Numbered from the stretch's first letter, positions 46,636 through 56,634 are shown. The stretch is DNA of 64,000 bases from Nitrospirota bacterium (GCA_049325335.1 JBMOMC010000007.1:1-64000); one strand, 5' to 3'. Notes: generated by a model not told the origin, from the sequence alone. Made by a program: numbers and translations.

Positions 46636-48657
46636 TTAGGGTGGCGCGCCGGGAGTATCGCTCGCGCACCGAAACCCAATGGTGTCCCGTCGCGTCTCCG
46701 GACTTGCCGCACTGCGGGTGGCGGCGCGCAGCATCACCGGGTCGCTGCGCCACGACCCGCCGCGCACCACCTTGTACCGGCCCCGAACCGGCCCCTTGGG
46801 GTTTCGCTCCGGCATCACCGCGTATTCGTCGGTGCCGCTCCAGTCCGCGACCCACTCGGCCGCATTGCCCGCCATGTTCAGCACACCATGGGGACTCTTT
46901 CCGTCGTCCAACGCGTCGACGGCCGCCAGCGCGCCGAGGCCCGCGTCGCCCCGCCCGAACACCGCGCGCCGCGCGTCCGGAGGGTCGTCGCCCCAGGGGA
47001 ACAATCGCCCGTCCTCCCCGCGGGCGGCTTTCTCCCACTCCGCCTCGGTCGGCAGGCGCCGGCCCATCGCGCGACAATACCGGTCCGCCTCATCCCACGT
47101 GACCCCCACCATCGGCCGGGCCCCGACCTCGGCGTCGACCGACGACGACTCCGCCGCGCGAGCGTCCGGCTGGGCCCGCCACCACCGCATGTAGTCCGAG
47201 ACGTCGACCTCCCGCCGATCGATCGTGTAGCGATCCAACCAAATCCGCCGTTGCGGACTCTCCGTATTGTCATAAGGCAACCACAACCCCGCGGTGGGTT
47301 CACGAGGCTCCGACCCCATCAAAAACCAGCCTGCGGGAATCTCGATCACACAAAGGGGACAGGCTGCTTTTTCACGAAAAAGCAGCCTGTCCCCTTTGTG
47401 CTCCGTGTACCGCGTCAGAAACTCGACGATCTCCCACATCTCCGCGGCGTTGAGTCCGGCGCCGGACGCCATCCGCGCCACGGTCGGCGCCCAGTCCCGC
47501 TGATTCGCGACCACGCGCCAATACGTGGCCTTGCGGCTCAGCGCGGGGTCGGTCCATCCGTGGCAGCCCGAGCATTTCTGAAACACGGCGGGAACAACGG
47601 GCGCGGGCGTTGTCACGGGCCGGACCGGTCGGTCGATCAACGACGCAATGATATCCGCGACGCGTTCCTGGACGACGCGTTCCATGGGAGCGAACCGGCG
47701 TCCCCCGTCCGACGAGAGAACCAGGCCGTGAAAGTGCGTGCCGGCGTAGAGTCGATCGGGATCGGCGGGATCCGCCGCCAAGGTTTCCACGTCATCCTTC
47801 TCGGGAAGCCCTTCGCCCACCTTGGTCCACGTCGCCCCGTGGTCGTCACTGCGATACAGCCCGCGGCGCAACACACTCACGAACACCCGGCCCTCGGGAC
47901 CCGTCATCACGAGCCGAATCCATTGCCGGTCGAATTCTGGCGCCAGGTCCGCCCAGGTTGCTCCTTGGTCCGCTGAACGGAGTACGCCGCGGTGACGCGT
48001 CCCCGCGTAGAGATGACCGCGCCCGTCGGACGCCAACGCCGTGATCGCCGCGTCACGGAGGTCCAGGCCGATCGCGCGCCACCCCCCATCGCGCGCCCCA
48101 CGCGAGAACAACGTCCCTTGCCCCAACCACACCTCTGAAGACCGCGAAAGAAACGCCGCGAGCACTTCCCCTCCCATCGCGGGCAGTCCCTGGCCGTACG
48201 CGGTCCACCGCGCGCCCTCGTCGAGGGTTTGGAACACGTCGCCGGTGGAGGTGGCGACGATCAGGCGTTCGGGGCGCGCGGGATCGAGGTATATGGCGTG
48301 GATGTTGGCGTTGCCCAACCCCGCGCTCACGGCTTCCCAGGTGCGCGCCCCATCGCGGGTGCGATACACCCCGCCGCCGTAGGTGCCCACGTACGCCACG
48401 TTCGCGTTGGTCGGATGCACGACCACGTGATACGCGCTGGTATTGAGCATTCCCTCCCGCGCGGGCAACCAGGTGCGTCCGCGGTCCGCGCTCTTGAGCA
48501 CGCCGACGGGACGGCCCGCCGCGTACAAGACCGCTGGGTTCGAGGGCGCAATCGCGATCTGGTTGATCAGCACCGGTTCGGAAACCGAGATATCCTGCGC
48601 CGCGACCGACGTCGCGAACCAGCTCCCCGCGACCAGCGCGGCCGCGACCCGCCTCAC
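46636..48657 (-). CDS. Fusion: BNR/Asp-box beta-propeller, monoheme cytochrome c and FGE-sulfatase (SUMF1)-like domain
   Basis: Repeated SxDxGxTW; CSGCHGWTD; IPAGWFLMG, RLPTEAEWEKAARG, MAGNAAEWV, RGGSW and GFRC; GTGA overlap at the start. Confidence 0.85.
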   Translation of the reverse strand: MRRVAAALVAGSWFATSVAAQDISVSEPVLINQIAIAPSNPAVLYAAGRPVGVLKSADRGRTWLPAREGMLNTSAYHVVVHPTNANVAYVGTYGGGVYRTRDGARTWEAVSAGLGNANIHAIYLDPARPERLIVATSTGDVFQTLDEGARWTAYGQGLPAMGGEVLAAFLSRSSEVWLGQGTLFSRGARDGGWRAIGLDLRDAAITALASDGRGHLYAGTRHRGVLRSADQGATWADLAPEFDRQWIRLVMTGPEGRVFVSVLRRGLYRSDDHGATWTKVGEGLPEKDDVETLAADPADPDRLYAGTHFHGLVLSSDGGRRFAPMERVVQERVADIIASLIDRPVRPVTTPAPVVPAVFQKCSGCHGWTDPALSRKATYWRVVANQRDWAPTVARMASGAGLNAAEMWEIVEFLTRYTEHKGDRLLFREKAACPLCVIEIPAGWFLMGSEPREPTAGLWLPYDNTESPQRRIWLDRYTIDRREVDVSDYMRWWRAQPDARAAESSSVDAEVGARPMVGVTWDEADRYCRAMGRRLPTEAEWEKAARGEDGRLFPWGDDPPDARRAVFGRGDAGLGALAAVDALDDGKSPHGVLNMAGNAAEWVADWSGTDEYAVMPERNPKGPVRGRYKVVRGGSWRSDPVMLRAATRSAASPETRRDTIGFRCASDTPGAPP
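47349..47400. repeat. Perfect 25-bp inverted repeat inside a CDS
   Basis: CACAAAGGGGACAGGCTGCTTTTTC-AC-GAAAAAGCAGCCTGTCCCCTTTGTG. Confidence 0.9.
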
Positions 48658-49910
48658 CGCGAAAACTCGATGAGCCGAGCGAGGGATTCGGCCCGTCCCG
48701 TTCGATAGTCCTTCCACGCGACCAGATACCCGGGCCCGCCGGCCGCCGCCGTGGAGAAGTGATTGCCCTTCGAGGCCGGGGCGACCGTAAACGCCGCGGG
48801 GGGCGTTGCGCCGCCGGTCCACCGCGCCGCGCGCACGTCTCGGGTGATATCCGTGATCTTGCTCATCTTCGCGTCGGACGGGTGCTCTTCTTCCCAGACG
48901 ACCAAACAGTCCTTCGCTCGACATGCCACGAATGGGAACATGTGCAGACGCGGCGAGGACGAGAGCGCGATGCCGTCCGGCTGCATCACGCGGCCGTTCG
49001 GCGCCAGGGCCGCGCCGTACAGCGCGTAGATGCCGCTGCGCTTATCAACCCAAACAATCACGCTGTGGCCGCTGGAGTCTGCGGGCGCCCCAACCGCCGG
49101 ATACCCCTGCTCGCCCGCCGCGGTGGATATCGCGATCGCGGCGGGATCCAGCACGCGGCCCGTTTCGTCCACACGCGCCGCGGCGACATCGGTCTCATCT
49201 CCTCGCGCGTTCATCCACGTCACCACAAACGCGCGCCCGTTCCACGCCACCGCGGGACGCGATTGGTCTCCCGTCCCGCCACCCACGATGATGCCCCTAG
49301 GATCAATGACGCGGCCGTCCGGCGCGATTCGAGAGCCGACAACGTCCCACCCCATCTCCGGACGCTCCTGCATCCATACCGCGAAGAACACCCGGCCGTT
49401 CCACGCCACGCGCGGATGCCGGCGATTACCCGATCCCACCCCGACGGCCAGGCCGTCGGGGTCGAACACGGTCCCGTCGGAACGCACGCGCGCCCCGTAA
49501 ATTTCCCAGTTGCGTCGACTGCGTAAATCCTGCCAGACCACCAGGTGCGCGTCACCGCCCCACGCCACGTCGGGAAACAACGTGTCGGACGGACCTTCTG
49601 CGATGGGAAATCCGTCCGGAGACGCCACCGCGCCATCGGCTTCCACCCACGTCCCGTAAATGTCGCTGGGACCGCGCCGCGTGGACTGCCAGACCACCAA
49701 AAACCGCGACCCGTTCCACGAGGGCACCGGATCTTCTTCCTCATCGGCCGCGCGCGAGGACACCACGATCTCGGACCCCATGTTCGGGGGGCCGTCGAGC
49801 GCGGCGTCCATCCGCGGCGGCGATCCGGCGCACCCCGCGATCACGGCCGCGACGAACGCCACCCCCATCACGGATCGGCCGGCCGAGTCCAGTCGCCTCC
49901 GTACGCTCAC
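48654..49910 (-). CDS. Lipoprotein with tandem PxVAWNGxxFLVVW repeats (probable beta-propeller)
   Basis: Lipobox IAGC; about seven repeats of P.V.W.G..FLVVW...R....IYGARV..DG.V.DP.G; GTGA overlap. Confidence 0.78.
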   Translation of the reverse strand: MSVRRRLDSAGRSVMGVAFVAAVIAGCAGSPPRMDAALDGPPNMGSEIVVSSRAADEEEDPVPSWNGSRFLVVWQSTRRGPSDIYGTWVEADGAVASPDGFPIAEGPSDTLFPDVAWGGDAHLVVWQDLRSRRNWEIYGARVRSDGTVFDPDGLAVGVGSGNRRHPRVAWNGRVFFAVWMQERPEMGWDVVGSRIAPDGRVIDPRGIIVGGGTGDQSRPAVAWNGRAFVVTWMNARGDETDVAAARVDETGRVLDPAAIAISTAAGEQGYPAVGAPADSSGHSVIVWVDKRSGIYALYGAALAPNGRVMQPDGIALSSSPRLHMFPFVACRAKDCLVVWEEEHPSDAKMSKITDITRDVRAARWTGGATPPAAFTVAPASKGNHFSTAAAGGPGYLVAWKDYRTGRAESLARLIEFSR

Positions 49911-50881
49911 CGAGGCACCGCCGCGATGCCCAACAACCCGTCCGGCGCGTCGGTTTCCAGCCACGCCGTGACTCGGCGCGCCACGACATCGATCACCGCC
50001 ACGCGGTTGGTGCGACGATGCGTGACGTACACGTGGGCGCCGTCGGGGGAGACCGCGACCCCCCACGGCGCGGGACCCACCGCCACCACGGCCGTTTCAT
50101 GATCGGCGGCGGTGGACACCACCGATACCGTGTCCGACCCGCTGTTGGCCACATACGCGGCGGCCCCGTCGGGGGACATCGCAATGCCGGTGGGATTGAC
50201 GCCGACCGGCACGGTCGACACCACGGTGTCCCGCGCGGTGTCGATGACCGACACCGACCCCGCGCCCTGGTTAGTCACGTACGCGAACCGCCCGTCGATC
50301 GACAACGCGATGTCCACGGGAAACATCCCCACCGGAATCGTGTTCACGACTCGATACGCCATGGTGGACACCACCGACACCATCCCGGAGAAATAATTGA
50401 CCACGTACGCCGCGGGCCGCCGGGGAATCGCCGCAACCGCCACCGGTCTCGGACCCGCGCGGGGCCGGCCCAACGATTGACCGCTCGTCGTGGAGATGAC
50501 CGACAACGTGTGATCGGCCAGGTTAGCCACGAACAATGCCCGGCCGTCCGGCGAGACGTCCACGGCTTGCGGCAACCCGCCGGCCTCCACGCGTTCGACC
50601 GCATGTGTGTCCGTGTGGATCGCGGCCACGCTGCGGCCCCGGCCGCCCACGTAGACCATGGTGCCGTCCGGCGACACCGCGACGTCCCACGGCTTACGAA
50701 TCTCCGGGATTCGCACCGTGGGGGCGCGGCCGCTCGGATCCAGCACCACCACGCTATCCGAGTCCGGATCCGCGACATACAGGAGCGGCCCGCGCGCGCC
50801 GACGCACCCGATCAGTCCGACCGCGGCCACGGCGCCGATGACGGCCTCCTTCAACGCGTGTACGCCCCGACGTGGTCTCAT
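49907..50881 (-). CDS. YVTN/YncE-type beta-propeller lipoprotein
   Basis: Lipobox LIGC; repeats P.GxAxSPDG..xYVxN....VSVI. Confidence 0.9.
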   Translation of the reverse strand: MRPRRGVHALKEAVIGAVAAVGLIGCVGARGPLLYVADPDSDSVVVLDPSGRAPTVRIPEIRKPWDVAVSPDGTMVYVGGRGRSVAAIHTDTHAVERVEAGGLPQAVDVSPDGRALFVANLADHTLSVISTTSGQSLGRPRAGPRPVAVAAIPRRPAAYVVNYFSGMVSVVSTMAYRVVNTIPVGMFPVDIALSIDGRFAYVTNQGAGSVSVIDTARDTVVSTVPVGVNPTGIAMSPDGAAAYVANSGSDTVSVVSTAADHETAVVAVGPAPWGVAVSPDGAHVYVTHRRTNRVAVIDVVARRVTAWLETDAPDGLLGIAAVPR

Positions 50882-52212
50882 TCGTTCTCCTGTGACGAAT
50901 AGTTCGTGAGGAACTCCGCGACTTCAGCTTCCTCCGCGGACGACAGCCCCGCGATCCGCGCCATACGGCGCACGGTGCGACGCCAGTCCCGACGGTTCGG
51001 CGGGACCAACCAAAAACTATGCGGCGCTTGGTTGATGGCCGGGTCGGTCCACCCGTGGCAAGCGTTACACTTGGCGAACGCGGCCGGCGCAACCACGCCG
51101 GACGGGGGGCGAGAGGCATCGCGGACTTTCAGCGACGCGATGATCGTCTCGGCGTCCACCCTCGGCGCCCGCCCCAACGTCCGCCACGACGCGCCGCCGT
51201 CCTCGGTGAGCACGACGCCGTGGCCGTGCGTGCCGGCGAACACGCGGCGGGGATTCGCCGGGTCCGGGACCAACGCACGAACGTCGGGGAGCGGCAGCCC
51301 CGCGTTTCGCGGCTCCCACGTTCGGCCCCCATCCTCGCTACGCAACACCCCATCGCCGGACGTGGCCGCGTAGACCAAGGCGCTTCGGGAGTCAAACCAC
51401 AGCCGGCGAATCCACGCGCGGGAGAGGTCGCCGCGATCCCATCGAGCCCACGTGGTGCCCAAATCCTCACTGACGAACAGGCCCCCGCCTTCCAACGTCC
51501 GGCCGTCGCGCAACGCGGCCGCGAACACCCTCCGGCCGTCCGGGTGCGCCATCAGCACCGTGATCGGCCGACCTTGGAGATCGGGCGACGCGATCGTCCA
51601 CGACGGCTCACCGGGGCGCCGACGCCACACGCCGAATTCGGACGCGAGCAGCGCGGTATCGGGATCGCCGGGCACGATCACGAGGTCCTGGTACTGCTGG
51701 CTCTGCGAAAACGTGTCCCCCTCGTTCCACGCGGACCAGGTCTCGCCGCGGTCCGGACTGACGAACACGCCGGTGGAGGTCACCACGAATACGCGGTCGG
51801 GGTCCCCCGGATGCAACACGATCGCGCCGATGTTGGTATTGCCCAGGCCGTTGTTGCGCTCCACGAACGTCTCGGCCCCGTCCACGCTTCGGTACAGCCC
51901 CCCGCCGCCCGCGCCGACGTATACCAGGTCTGGATCTCTCGGGTCCACCACGAGACGATAGAGCGAATAACTGCGGATCCCGCGGTTCGCGGTGTCCCAC
52001 CGTTGTCCTCGATCCCCGCTTTTGAGCAACCCGATGCTGTAATTGGTCAATGCCAACACGCGGTCCGGGCGCTCCGGGTGCAGGGCAATCTGCGACACAA
52101 ACAGCGACTGCGTCGCCGGTTCGCCGACCGCATCCATCGCAGGCCTGGTCGCGCCCGAACACGCGATCAGGCTCACGACCGCCGCGCCCACCGCCCAGCG
52201 GCGGACCGTCAT
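50878..52212 (-). CDS. BNR beta-propeller lipoprotein with C-terminal monoheme cytochrome c domain
   Basis: Lipobox LIAC; SxDxGxTW repeats; CNACHGWTD...W..TVRRM; ATGA overlap. Confidence 0.85.
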   Translation of the reverse strand: MTVRRWAVGAAVVSLIACSGATRPAMDAVGEPATQSLFVSQIALHPERPDRVLALTNYSIGLLKSGDRGQRWDTANRGIRSYSLYRLVVDPRDPDLVYVGAGGGGLYRSVDGAETFVERNNGLGNTNIGAIVLHPGDPDRVFVVTSTGVFVSPDRGETWSAWNEGDTFSQSQQYQDLVIVPGDPDTALLASEFGVWRRRPGEPSWTIASPDLQGRPITVLMAHPDGRRVFAAALRDGRTLEGGGLFVSEDLGTTWARWDRGDLSRAWIRRLWFDSRSALVYAATSGDGVLRSEDGGRTWEPRNAGLPLPDVRALVPDPANPRRVFAGTHGHGVVLTEDGGASWRTLGRAPRVDAETIIASLKVRDASRPPSGVVAPAAFAKCNACHGWTDPAINQAPHSFWLVPPNRRDWRRTVRRMARIAGLSSAEEAEVAEFLTNYSSQENE

Positions 52213-53441
52213 GGCGTCGCGGGAGCGCGCCGGGGCGACGCCGCGTCCAACGCGGCGCGGTAGATCCACGCGCGCGGAGGCATGGCCGTGCCCGCGTACA
52301 ATGCGCCGCCGAACGCGTGCAGGGCTTCCACTGTAAACGGGGTTAAGTCCCCCACCTCATCCCAGGATCGGCCGTCCCGGCTGCGCAACACGCGTCCGTT
52401 GACGGACGCGAACAGCCCGTCGGCGGCCCCGGCCATCGACGCCACGTAGCCGGTGCGCGCGCCGTGGGATGCGGTCGTCCCATACACGCGCTCCCAGACG
52501 TCGTTCCCGGACGTCCTCCAGATCTCGCCCCGGCTCGTAGTGCCCACATACAGGCGTTCGTCGGACACCGCCGCCGCGCGCACGCCCATGAACGGCCCCG
52601 ACGTCCCGCGCGCCGGCGTCCAGACGGTCCCGTCTCGACTCGTAAACACCCCGGCGCCCTCGATCCCGGCATACAACCGGCCGTTGAAGGCGATCAAAAA
52701 CCGCACCCAGTTGGCAAAGCCGTTCTCCGCGTTCGCCAGCAGCGTCCCGGACAAGGCCCACGCGCGTCCGTCCGTGGTCCGATACACGCGGCCGCGCGTG
52801 GTCCCGGCGTACAACGCGTCCCCGAACACGCCCAAGGCGATAATGCCGCGTTCCTCCGGCGGCAGCACCGCCTCGCGCGTCCAGCGCTCCCCGTCTCCGC
52901 TGCTCCACACCTCGGCGCTCGGTTGATTCGTCCCCGCGAATAACCGGTCGCGAAATGTCATCAACCCATACACCGTGTACGCATCCGTCGTCAAGACCGG
53001 CCGCCAGGACCGGCCGTCCACCAGTTGCAACGCGGACCCCGCGCCTTCAATCCCGGCGTACAACCGGCCGCGAAACGACCGCAAGGCCACCACGTTCCAG
53101 CCTTGGGGTGCCGGCTCCAACGGCTCCCACGCCATGGCCGAGACCTTGGAATATCTGGCCGTCAGAAACCGCTCCAGATCCGACCGCTCGTCATCGCTCA
53201 TCCGGCATCCCATGGCCCGCATCCACGACAACACGAGCGACCAGGGCCTCGGCTCGATCGCGTGGCTGCGCGCGGCGCAATCGCCGGCCACGCAGCGGCT
53301 CTCGATCGTCACCCCGTGGCACGCGCCGCACCGCGAGGTGATCACGGCCATGCCGCGCGCTTCAAGCGTGGCCTCCTGGACCGCGCCCACGCTCACCGGC
53401 GCCGTGGCCAGCAGCACCATCACCGCATGCGCCGGCCTCAC
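52209..53441 (-). CDS. N-terminal monoheme cytochrome c domain plus beta-propeller
   Basis: CGACH...W..VL.WM...M...E..DL..FL; repeats F.GRLYAG and S.DG..W; GTGA overlap. Confidence 0.8.
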   Translation of the reverse strand: MRPAHAVMVLLATAPVSVGAVQEATLEARGMAVITSRCGACHGVTIESRCVAGDCAARSHAIEPRPWSLVLSWMRAMGCRMSDDERSDLERFLTARYSKVSAMAWEPLEPAPQGWNVVALRSFRGRLYAGIEGAGSALQLVDGRSWRPVLTTDAYTVYGLMTFRDRLFAGTNQPSAEVWSSGDGERWTREAVLPPEERGIIALGVFGDALYAGTTRGRVYRTTDGRAWALSGTLLANAENGFANWVRFLIAFNGRLYAGIEGAGVFTSRDGTVWTPARGTSGPFMGVRAAAVSDERLYVGTTSRGEIWRTSGNDVWERVYGTTASHGARTGYVASMAGAADGLFASVNGRVLRSRDGRSWDEVGDLTPFTVEALHAFGGALYAGTAMPPRAWIYRAALDAASPRRAPATP

Positions 53442-54742
53442 GGCCTGCGCGTCCGGCTGTACGCGCTCAAGTACCGGATGACGGCCGCGCGCTCCGCCGG
53501 CGTGAGTTCCGCGCGTTGGGCCATGCGGTCCACGGTGGGCGCCCAATCCCGCGCGTTGGGCGGCATACGCCAATACGTGTGTTTGCCGTTGAGCGGCTCA
53601 TCGGTCCATCCGTGACACCGGTTGCACTTGGCGAATCCTGGCGGTGCCGCGGTCGGCGCCGCCGAATGCGCGCGGGCGTCGAGCATGGCGACGATTCCCG
53701 ACATAGTCAGCGGCGCGACGGGCTCCGACGCATGCCACGTCTCGCCGCGGTCGTGGGAGTAATACCAACCCGCCGCGGTTGTGCCGACTACCAGACGGGA
53801 CGGATCAGCGGGATGGACCGCCAAGCTCCGCACGTCGGGATCGAGCACGCCGCCCCCCACCGGCGTCCACGTCGTCCCTCCGTCGCTCGAGGCGAAGACG
53901 CCCGCCCCTCTCGTCGACGCATACACCCGCGCGGGGTCCCGCGAATCCGGGACCACGCGGCTGACGAACCACTCCGGATCGCCGATCCGGCGCCACGCGC
54001 GACCGGTCTTGACGTGGATGCCCTGTTTGATCGTCCCCACCAACACGCGGCCGTCGCGCGGGTCGCACACCACGGTGGTCACCCGCGCGGAACCCAGATC
54101 GGGATCCCTCATCCACCGCGCCCCCCCGCGTTCGCGCCGAAACAAGCCGCCCTCGGTGCCCAACCAGATCCTGCCGCTCGGTGACGGCTCGATCGCCAAT
54201 GACTTGTATCCCACCGCCTCTGACAACGGGGGCAACCCTTGGCCGAATCCTTCCCAGTGCGCTCCCCCGTCGCGCGAGCGGTACACGTCGGTGGACGCCG
54301 CCGCGTACCAGGTCTCGCCGTCCGTCGGGTCGATGGCCAACGCGTCGATCGCGGTATTCGGCAAATCGCCGTTGCGTTCGCTCCACGTGGCCGCGCGATC
54401 CACGCTGATCGACACCCCGCCGCCCCACCCGCCCGCCAGGAGGACCGCCTCCATACCCGCGCGCGGCGCCGCGAGCAACGCGTGATGGGTAAAACTTCTC
54501 AACCCGCGGTTGGCGTGCGCCCACCGCCGGCCGCCGTCAACGCTCGCGAACACGCCCATATTGCTGGTAATGGCGTAGAATCGATCGGAATCACCGGGGT
54601 CCGCCGCGACCTGGTGGATGATCAGCGGGCGCTCAAGAATCTCATCGGCCCCCACGGCAACGGGCGCGGTGCCCAGCGCCGCGATAAGAACGGCGAGGCC
54701 CGCGGCCGGACCACCCGGCTTGGTGAGGTCGGTCGCGGGCAC
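53438..54742 (-). CDS. BNR beta-propeller protein with C-terminal monoheme cytochrome c domain
   Basis: Signal peptide; SxDGGxxW repeats; CNRCHGWTD...WAPTVDRM; GTG start 4 nt after the rmlD stop (inferred). Confidence 0.83.
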   Translation of the reverse strand: MPATDLTKPGGPAAGLAVLIAALGTAPVAVGADEILERPLIIHQVAADPGDSDRFYAITSNMGVFASVDGGRRWAHANRGLRSFTHHALLAAPRAGMEAVLLAGGWGGGVSISVDRAATWSERNGDLPNTAIDALAIDPTDGETWYAAASTDVYRSRDGGAHWEGFGQGLPPLSEAVGYKSLAIEPSPSGRIWLGTEGGLFRRERGGARWMRDPDLGSARVTTVVCDPRDGRVLVGTIKQGIHVKTGRAWRRIGDPEWFVSRVVPDSRDPARVYASTRGAGVFASSDGGTTWTPVGGGVLDPDVRSLAVHPADPSRLVVGTTAAGWYYSHDRGETWHASEPVAPLTMSGIVAMLDARAHSAAPTAAPPGFAKCNRCHGWTDEPLNGKHTYWRMPPNARDWAPTVDRMAQRAELTPAERAAVIRYLSAYSRTRRP

Positions 54743-54746
54743 GGCG

Positions 54747-55583
54747 TTAGGCCCCGTCGGGTCGGGCGCGGAGATAGTCGGCCAGCGCGTCCTGCCACGG
54801 CCGAAACCGAACGCCCAGACCGGCCAACTTGGCGCAGCCCAGGACCGCATGCGCGGGGCGCTTGGCCGGACGCGCCAGCTCCGTGGTCGAGATGGGCACG
54901 ACCCGCCGATCGAGACCGGCCGACCGGAGAATCGCGACCGCGAATTCGTGCCACGAACACGTCCCCGAATTGACCGCGTGGAAAATCCCCGTGGCTCGAA
55001 CATCGAGCAGCGCGCGGATCGCACGCGCCAGATCCTCGGCCCATGTGGGCGAGCCGACTTGATCGCTCACGATGCGAAGTTCGTCGCGCTCCGCGGCCAA
55101 TCGCAGGATCGTGCGCACGAAATTTTTCCCCTCACCGTACAGCCACGCGGTGCGCAGGATCACGGCATCGGGTTTGGCCGCAAACGTTTCGCGTTCTCCC
55201 GCAAGCTTGCTCGCCCCGTAGACGCCAAGCGGCGCAACCGGGTCGTCCTCGAGGTACGGGGTGGTCTTGGCACCGTCGTACACGTAGTCGGTGGACATCG
55301 CGATCAGACGCGCGCCGACCTTGGCCGCGGCTTGCGCCACCAGGCGCGAACCTTCGGCGTTCACGGCGTAGGCCCGGACGGGATTCGCCTCGGCCCCGTC
55401 CACGTCGGTGTATGCCGCGCCGTGGATCACCACATCCGGCCGGGATGCCGCGATCCGCTCCATGATCGCCGGCTGCGTGATGTCGGCTTCGCGCTCCGGC
55501 GGCGCGGTCAACTCGTGATCGGCCAGGACGCGTTGCAGGGCCAGTCCGAGTTGGCCGGTAGCTCCGGTGATAAAGATACGCAT
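54747..55583 (-). CDS. rmlD: dTDP-4-dehydrorhamnose reductase
   Basis: ITGATGQLG, AAYTDVD.AE, STDYVYDG, YGASK, LRTAWLYG and DQVGSPT. Confidence 0.95.
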   Translation of the reverse strand: MRIFITGATGQLGLALQRVLADHELTAPPEREADITQPAIMERIAASRPDVVIHGAAYTDVDGAEANPVRAYAVNAEGSRLVAQAAAKVGARLIAMSTDYVYDGAKTTPYLEDDPVAPLGVYGASKLAGERETFAAKPDAVILRTAWLYGEGKNFVRTILRLAAERDELRIVSDQVGSPTWAEDLARAIRALLDVRATGIFHAVNSGTCSWHEFAVAILRSAGLDRRVVPISTTELARPAKRPAHAVLGCAKLAGLGVRFRPWQDALADYLRARPDGA

Positions 55584-55602
55584 AGTGAGATCACGCCGTT
55601 GG

Positions 55603-55630
55603 GTAGGGGGGCACGGCCGTGCGCCCCTAC
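55603..55630. repeat. GTAG-family REP palindrome overlapping the rmlB stop
   Basis: GTAGGGGGGCACGGCCGTGCGCCCCTAC. Confidence 0.75.
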
Positions 55631-56634
55631 GGTGACGCGACGGCGCGGTACTGCTTTTCGTAGTACGCTCGAAACTCGCCGGACTTGATCGGCCGCCACC
55701 AGGACTCGTGGGTGCGGTACCAGTCGATGGTCGCGCGGATCGCATCCTCGAACCCCCGGCGCGGCCGAAATCCGAGCGCGGCCAACTTCTCCGCGCTGAT
55801 GGCGTAGCGGCGGTCGTGCCCGGGCCGGTCGGCCACGGGCTTGATCAGGCTTTTCGGCTTGTTCAGGCCGGCCAGGATCAGATCGGTGATCTCGATATTG
55901 GTGCGCTCGTTCCCGCCACCGATGTTGTAGATCTCCCCGATCACGCCGCGCCGCAGCACCAGGTCCACGCCCTCGCAATGATCCCCCACCGCGAGCCAGT
56001 CGCGCACGTTCAGCCCGTCGCCATACAGCGGCAGCGGCTGATCGTCGATCGCGTTGGTGATGAACAATGGAATGAGTTTTTCCGGGTACTGGTACGGCCC
56101 GAAGTTGTTGGACGCCCGCGTAATGAGCACGGGCACGCCGTAGGTGGTGTGGTACGCCATCGCCATCAAATCGCCGCCCGCTTTGGACGCGGCATAGGGG
56201 CTGCTCGGGTGCAGCGGATCGGTTTCTTTGAACGGCGCGCCCAACGTGGAGCCGTAGACCTCGTCGGTGGAAATCTGGAGATACCGGTGATGCCGGTAGC
56301 GCCGTGCGGCCTCCAACAACACACGCGTGCCGTCCACGTCGGTCTTGATGAACGAGCCCGGATCGAGCAGCGACCGGTCCACATGGGTTTCGGCCGCGAA
56401 GTTCACAATCGCGTCCACGTCCTTGGCCGCGAGATCCACCGCCTCGGGGTCGCAGATATCGCCCTGGATGAACCGGTACCGCGGGTCCTTGGCCGCGTCC
56501 GCGACGTTTTCAGGATTGCCGGCGTACGTCAACTTGTCGAGGTTGACGACCGAATCCTCCGGGTGCGTGCGCAACACGTACCGGATGAAGTTGCTGCCGA
56601 TGAACCCGCACCCGCCGGTAACGAGCAGCCTCAT
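55627..56634 (-). CDS. rmlB: dTDP-glucose 4,6-dehydratase
   Basis: VTGGCGFIGSN, DKLTYAGN, AAETHVDRS, STDEVYG, PYAASK and DRPGHDRRY. Confidence 0.97.
   Translation of the reverse strand: MRLLVTGGCGFIGSNFIRYVLRTHPEDSVVNLDKLTYAGNPENVADAAKDPRYRFIQGDICDPEAVDLAAKDVDAIVNFAAETHVDRSLLDPGSFIKTDVDGTRVLLEAARRYRHHRYLQISTDEVYGSTLGAPFKETDPLHPSSPYAASKAGGDLMAMAYHTTYGVPVLITRASNNFGPYQYPEKLIPLFITNAIDDQPLPLYGDGLNVRDWLAVGDHCEGVDLVLRRGVIGEIYNIGGGNERTNIEITDLILAGLNKPKSLIKPVADRPGHDRRYAISAEKLAALGFRPRRGFEDAIRATIDWYRTHESWWRPIKSGEFRAYYEKQYRAVASP

Noticed and set aside
46636..47348. FGE-type C-terminal domain as a diversity-generating retroelement target
   Set aside because: No reverse transcriptase and no template-repeat copy of the 3' region was seen in the window.
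46636..47348. Formylglycine-generating enzyme activity
   Set aside because: The catalytic Cys pair after RGGS is absent (RGGSWRSDPVMLRAATR) and no sulfatase is nearby.
46636..54742. Calling the propeller-heme operon hydrazine synthase, NirS or amine dehydrogenase
   Set aside because: Only an architectural analogy; sizes, domain order and maturation genes do not match.
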